Shown in pieces: positions 60,686-64,000 of a DNA stretch of 64,000 bases. The position numbers and the translations under genes were made by a program. This stretch comes from Longimicrobiales bacterium (GTDB taxonomy: Bacteria > Gemmatimonadota > Gemmatimonadetes > Longimicrobiales > Gaopeijiaceae). The number at the start of each line of letters is the position of its first letter. Position 1 is the first letter of the stretch. Where the stretch lies: contig CBDAON010000004.1 of assembly GCA_965198065.1 (NCBI GenBank), positions 1,376,001 through 1,440,000 on the forward strand, written 5' to 3'. Under the pieces are notes generated by a model. The model saw nothing but the letters and a program-made list of their open reading frames with translations, was not told where the DNA came from and ran no database searches.

Positions 60686-62248
60686 ATGATCGAGCTCACG
60701 GTCCTCCTCGCCTCCGCCGCGCTCGGGTTCGGGGCCGCCCGCTGGACGGGCCTCCCTCCCATCCCCGTCCTGATCCTGGCTGGCGTAGCGGGTTCCGCCG
60801 CCTTTCCGCTGGACGACCAGTTCCTCGGAGACGCCCTGACCCTGGGCGTCATTGGGCTCGTGTTCGTGGCCGGGATCGAGTTGAACCCGGCCAGGCTCTG
60901 GGGGCGGGGCAACGCGGCAATCCGGGTGGGGCTGGTCCAGTTCGTGGTCCTCGGCGCCCTCGGGATGCTCGCGTCGCTCCTCCTCGGGCTCGAGGCGGGA
61001 GCCTCGGCGTACGTGGCGCTCGCCCTCGCGGCGTCGTCCACCCTCGTCGTCGTGAAGATCCTCCAGGATCGGGGCCTCATGTACGAACCGGTTGGACGCC
61101 TGGTGACGGGCGTCCTCCTCTTCCAGGACCTGCTGATCATCCTCTGCATCCCGGTCGTCGCGCGCCTGGAGGAAGGCTGGGGCGCGGCGGCGGCCGGCGT
61201 CGGCGCAACGCTCGGGCTCATGGCCGTTACGGGGGCAATCCTCAGATGGGGCGCCCCCGCGCTCCTCCGTCGCTTCACGTTCGAGGAGGAGATCGTCCTC
61301 CTCCTGGGTCTCTCGACGCTCTTCGGTTTCATGGGCGCGGCCCTACTGCTCGGGCTCCCTCCGGTCTCGGGCGCGTTCCTCGCGGGGGTCTCCCTGTCCG
61401 GCTTCCCCACGTCGGCCGTCGTGCGTGGGCAGGTGAGCTCGCTGGGCGACTTCTTCCATCCGCTCTTCTTCGCCGCGCTCGGCGCAATCCTGCCGCTTCC
61501 GAGCGCGGTAGAGCTGGGACGGGCGATGGTCCTGGGGATCCTCGTCGTGGGGGTGACGCCGCCACTCGTAGCCGTTCTCGCCGAGCGCGTGGGGTTCTCG
61601 GCCCGTCCCGCCCTGGCCAGCGGCCTCCTGCTCTCCCAGACGAGCGAGTTCTCGCTCGTGGTGGCGCTCCAAGGTCTGCTCCTGGGCCAACTTGACGAGG
61701 GGGTCTTCGTAGTCGTCACGCTCGTCACGGTCGGCACGATGATCGCGACGCCCTTCCTCACCTCGGATCGGACCACCTGGGCGCTCGTGAGGATGCACCC
61801 GTTCCGGCGGGGCCCCCGCCTCCTGCCCCGCACCCCCGAGGGGCACGTCCTCCTTCTCGGGTGTGGGCAGCACGGAGAGCACCTCCTGGAGGAGCTGATC
61901 GTAACCCGGTCGGAGATCGTGGTCGTGGACGACGACCCGGCGCTCGTCGCTCGCGTCCGGAAGGCGGGCGTCACTGCCCTCCGAGGAGACATCTCGGACG
62001 TCCGGCTCCTGGAGGAAGTCGGAGCGGATCGGGCCCGCGTCGTGATCTCGACCGTGCCCCGACGTGAGGACAACGTGCCGCTTCTCCGCTTTGCCCGGGG
62101 CGTCCCGATCCTGGTCCGCGGATTCAATCTCGAGGACGGGGAATGGATCGCGGCCAGGGGCGGGCGCCCGATCCTCTACAGCGAAGCGGCCGCGGAGGAC
62201 TTCCGGGACTGGTTTGAGAACGAGTGGGTTCCGGCCCAGGAACCTTAG
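60686..62248 (+). CDS. Second CPA2 cation:proton antiporter with TrkA-N domain
   Basis: FVAGIEL, SSTLVVVK, LLFQD, GAFLAG, QTSEFSL, HVLLLGCGQHG. Confidence 0.92.
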   Translation: MIELTVLLASAALGFGAARWTGLPPIPVLILAGVAGSAAFPLDDQFLGDALTLGVIGLVFVAGIELNPARLWGRGNAAIRVGLVQFVVLGALGMLASLLLGLEAGASAYVALALAASSTLVVVKILQDRGLMYEPVGRLVTGVLLFQDLLIILCIPVVARLEEGWGAAAAGVGATLGLMAVTGAILRWGAPALLRRFTFEEEIVLLLGLSTLFGFMGAALLLGLPPVSGAFLAGVSLSGFPTSAVVRGQVSSLGDFFHPLFFAALGAILPLPSAVELGRAMVLGILVVGVTPPLVAVLAERVGFSARPALASGLLLSQTSEFSLVVALQGLLLGQLDEGVFVVVTLVTVGTMIATPFLTSDRTTWALVRMHPFRRGPRLLPRTPEGHVLLLGCGQHGEHLLEELIVTRSEIVVVDDDPALVARVRKAGVTALRGDISDVRLLEEVGADRARVVISTVPRREDNVPLLRFARGVPILVRGFNLEDGEWIAARGGRPILYSEAAAEDFRDWFENEWVPAQEP

Positions 62249-62273
62249 CTCGTGGCCCCGCGTACGACCCTAC

Positions 62274-63083
62274 ATGCTCGCTCCGCTGACGATCCGTGAG
62301 TGGAGGTTCGGCGTTTTCCTCCTCCTCGTCTTCCTTCCGGGAGGCGCGGTCCTGGCTCAAGGGTCCTCGCCCCTTCCGGGACCGGGCGGGAGCGGGGATC
62401 GGGGGTTCCTCTTCGAGCGACCGTCGGTGAGCCTCGGGCTCCGTGCGGGACTCTTCGTTCACCGTGCCGGAAGCGACCTCTACGATTTCACAACCGAGAA
62501 GCTCACGGTCGACCGCTCCGACTTCCGGGGCACGTCTCTGGGGCTCGAGGGCACGGCGTGGCTGGGCGAGCGAACCGAGCTCCTCTTCGGGCTCGACGGG
62601 AGCCGGGTGTCTCTCCGATCCGAGTATCGTGCCTTTCTCGAGGACAACGGGGATTCCATTCAGCAGACGACCAACATCACCCACGGGCCGGCCTTCTCCG
62701 CCGGCCTCCGCTGGTATGTCCTGCCCCGTGGCGACGCGCTCGGGTGCTTCATCTGGGTCCCGCGGCGGTGGAACGCGTTCCTCGGGGGGGGCGCGGCGTT
62801 CTCGGCATATGAGGTGTCCCTCGAGGGCGATTTCGTAGACGAGCGGGACCTCACGATCTCGACGGCCCAGCTCCAGTCGGACGGAGGCGCGTTCCTCCCC
62901 TTCCTTTCGGCTGGATTCGAGCTCGCGATGACGCCGCGTGTCGCCGTCGTGCTCGAGGGACGGTACCATTGGGGAGACACCGACCTCGGGCAGGACTTCC
63001 AGGACGATCGGGGACGCCCCACCTTTCAGCCGCTTGACCTCTCGGGAGCGCGGCTGACCGCCGGATTCTACTACCGCTTCTAG
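62274..63083 (+). CDS. Outer-membrane beta-barrel domain protein
   Basis: Signal peptide, GFLFERP, alternating strands, LEGRYHW, ends DLSGARLTAGFYYRF. Confidence 0.75.
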   Translation: MLAPLTIREWRFGVFLLLVFLPGGAVLAQGSSPLPGPGGSGDRGFLFERPSVSLGLRAGLFVHRAGSDLYDFTTEKLTVDRSDFRGTSLGLEGTAWLGERTELLFGLDGSRVSLRSEYRAFLEDNGDSIQQTTNITHGPAFSAGLRWYVLPRGDALGCFIWVPRRWNAFLGGGAAFSAYEVSLEGDFVDERDLTISTAQLQSDGGAFLPFLSAGFELAMTPRVAVVLEGRYHWGDTDLGQDFQDDRGRPTFQPLDLSGARLTAGFYYRF

Positions 63084-63105
63084 CGGACTGATAAGGAAGC
63101 CGAAG

Positions 63106-64000
63106 ATGACGCGCTCGACGCTCGCGCTGCTCGCTGCCCTGGCCGGTCTCGGCGGCGCCGCCGTTCCCGGGGCCCTCGCCCAGAACGCGGCGGCCCAGGG
63201 CGACGCTCGGTGGCTTCCCTGGGTGGGATGCTGGGAGGGAGCCACCGAGGTGGGTGCTCCGGCAACGGACCGGGTTCTGGTGTGTTTCCGTCCCCTTCCC
63301 TCCGGAGACGGGGTCGAGATCCTGACTTACTCGGATACCGGTGAGCTGGTCGCGGTGGAGGACCTGACGCCGAACGGCGTCCCGGTACCCGCCGAGGAAG
63401 GTGGTTGCGTAGGGCAGCGCGCGGCGAGCTGGTCCGACGACGGGCTCCGCGTCTTCCTCTCTTCGAGTCTCGATTGCGGGACCCCGCCGGACCGCACGAC
63501 GAGGGGGGTCCTCACGGTTCTTCCCGGCGGGGCGGGTTGGATCGAGATCCAGTCTGCCCGGGTCGAAGCCGGGAACCCCGTGCTCGGCATCCGCACGTTC
63601 GTCGGTGCCTCCGGAGAGACCCTGGCCGGGCTCGGGATCGTGGATCCGTCCGCCGGCCTCGACCTGGCGGTCTCGACGGCCCGGACGAGAGCCGGTCGGG
63701 CGCTCACGGCGGATGCCCTCGTCGAGATCGTCGAGGGGGCGGGGCCGGAGGTGGCGAGCGCGCTGATCGTGGAGCGCGGGCAGCGCGTCGGTCTGAACGC
63801 CTCTCTCCTCCGATCGCTGTCCGAGCGAGGCGTGCCGGGAGACGTTCTGGACGTCATGGTGGCAGTGAGCTACCCGGATCGGTTCCAGCTCGGAGGCAGT
63901 CCGAAAGGGCCCCTCCCCGAGATCCGCGACGTCATGGATTCGACTCCAGCTGCCAGGCGGGCCGTCTCCTCCTGGCCGCTGCGTTCCCGGCCGTCTCGGG
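63106..64000 (+). CDS. Secreted hypothetical protein, runs off the window
   Basis: AAGGA RBS; MTRSTLALLAALAG..ALAQ signal peptide then DARWLPWVGCWEG; no stop seen in frame. Confidence 0.7.
   Translation, partial: MTRSTLALLAALAGLGGAAVPGALAQNAAAQGDARWLPWVGCWEGATEVGAPATDRVLVCFRPLPSGDGVEILTYSDTGELVAVEDLTPNGVPVPAEEGGCVGQRAASWSDDGLRVFLSSSLDCGTPPDRTTRGVLTVLPGGAGWIEIQSARVEAGNPVLGIRTFVGASGETLAGLGIVDPSAGLDLAVSTARTRAGRALTADALVEIVEGAGPEVASALIVERGQRVGLNASLLRSLSERGVPGDVLDVMVAVSYPDRFQLGGSPKGPLPEIRDVMDSTPAARRAVSSWPLRSRPSR

Noticed and set aside
1..64000. CRISPR array, cas genes, rRNA or tRNA genes
   Set aside because: No regularly spaced repeats, cas motifs or cloverleaf seen by eye; tRNAscan and CRISPR finders were not run.

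Overview
High-GC diderm bacterium. The TonB/BlaR-TonB repertoire and WLPWxGCW-type secreted proteins suggest Gemmatimonadota, but this is inference only. The window has two parts. (1) ~1-36.46 kb is an accessory island littered with IS3, IS6, IS110/IS1111, IS5 and IS1595 pieces, two decayed tyrosine recombinases and a phage-type repressor/AlpA remnant. It carries intact cargo: TonB-dependent receptor + BCCT transporter + orphan bioA; ispH beside a truncated squalene/phytoene-synthase start; LOG / Tsx-like porin / membrane SpoIIE phosphatase / RsbW / STAS partner-switch module; MpaB/Lcp-like oxygenase with LolA-like carrier, OM barrel and MMPL/RND transporter. (2) ~36.5-64 kb is intact housekeeping chromosome: sucA, arsC-like, BlaI/M56-TonB, greA, fur, purE, acyl-CoA dehydrogenase, tyrS, menF-D-B-A-E and two CPA2 antiporters. 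The best leads for something undescribed are: a promoter-to-terminator, highly structured ~290-nt intergenic transcript carrying a 14-nt perfect complement of the 16S rRNA 3' tail (43.2-43.55 kb); a ~230-bp conserved non-coding element with phased ATTCACAC repeats, present twice in inverted orientation after an uncharacterised gene (28.9 and 32.1 kb); and the oxygenase + RND/LolA/OM-barrel lipid-trafficking module. No CRISPR array, rRNA or tRNA gene was seen. All protein calls come from motif recognition by eye; no database search was run.
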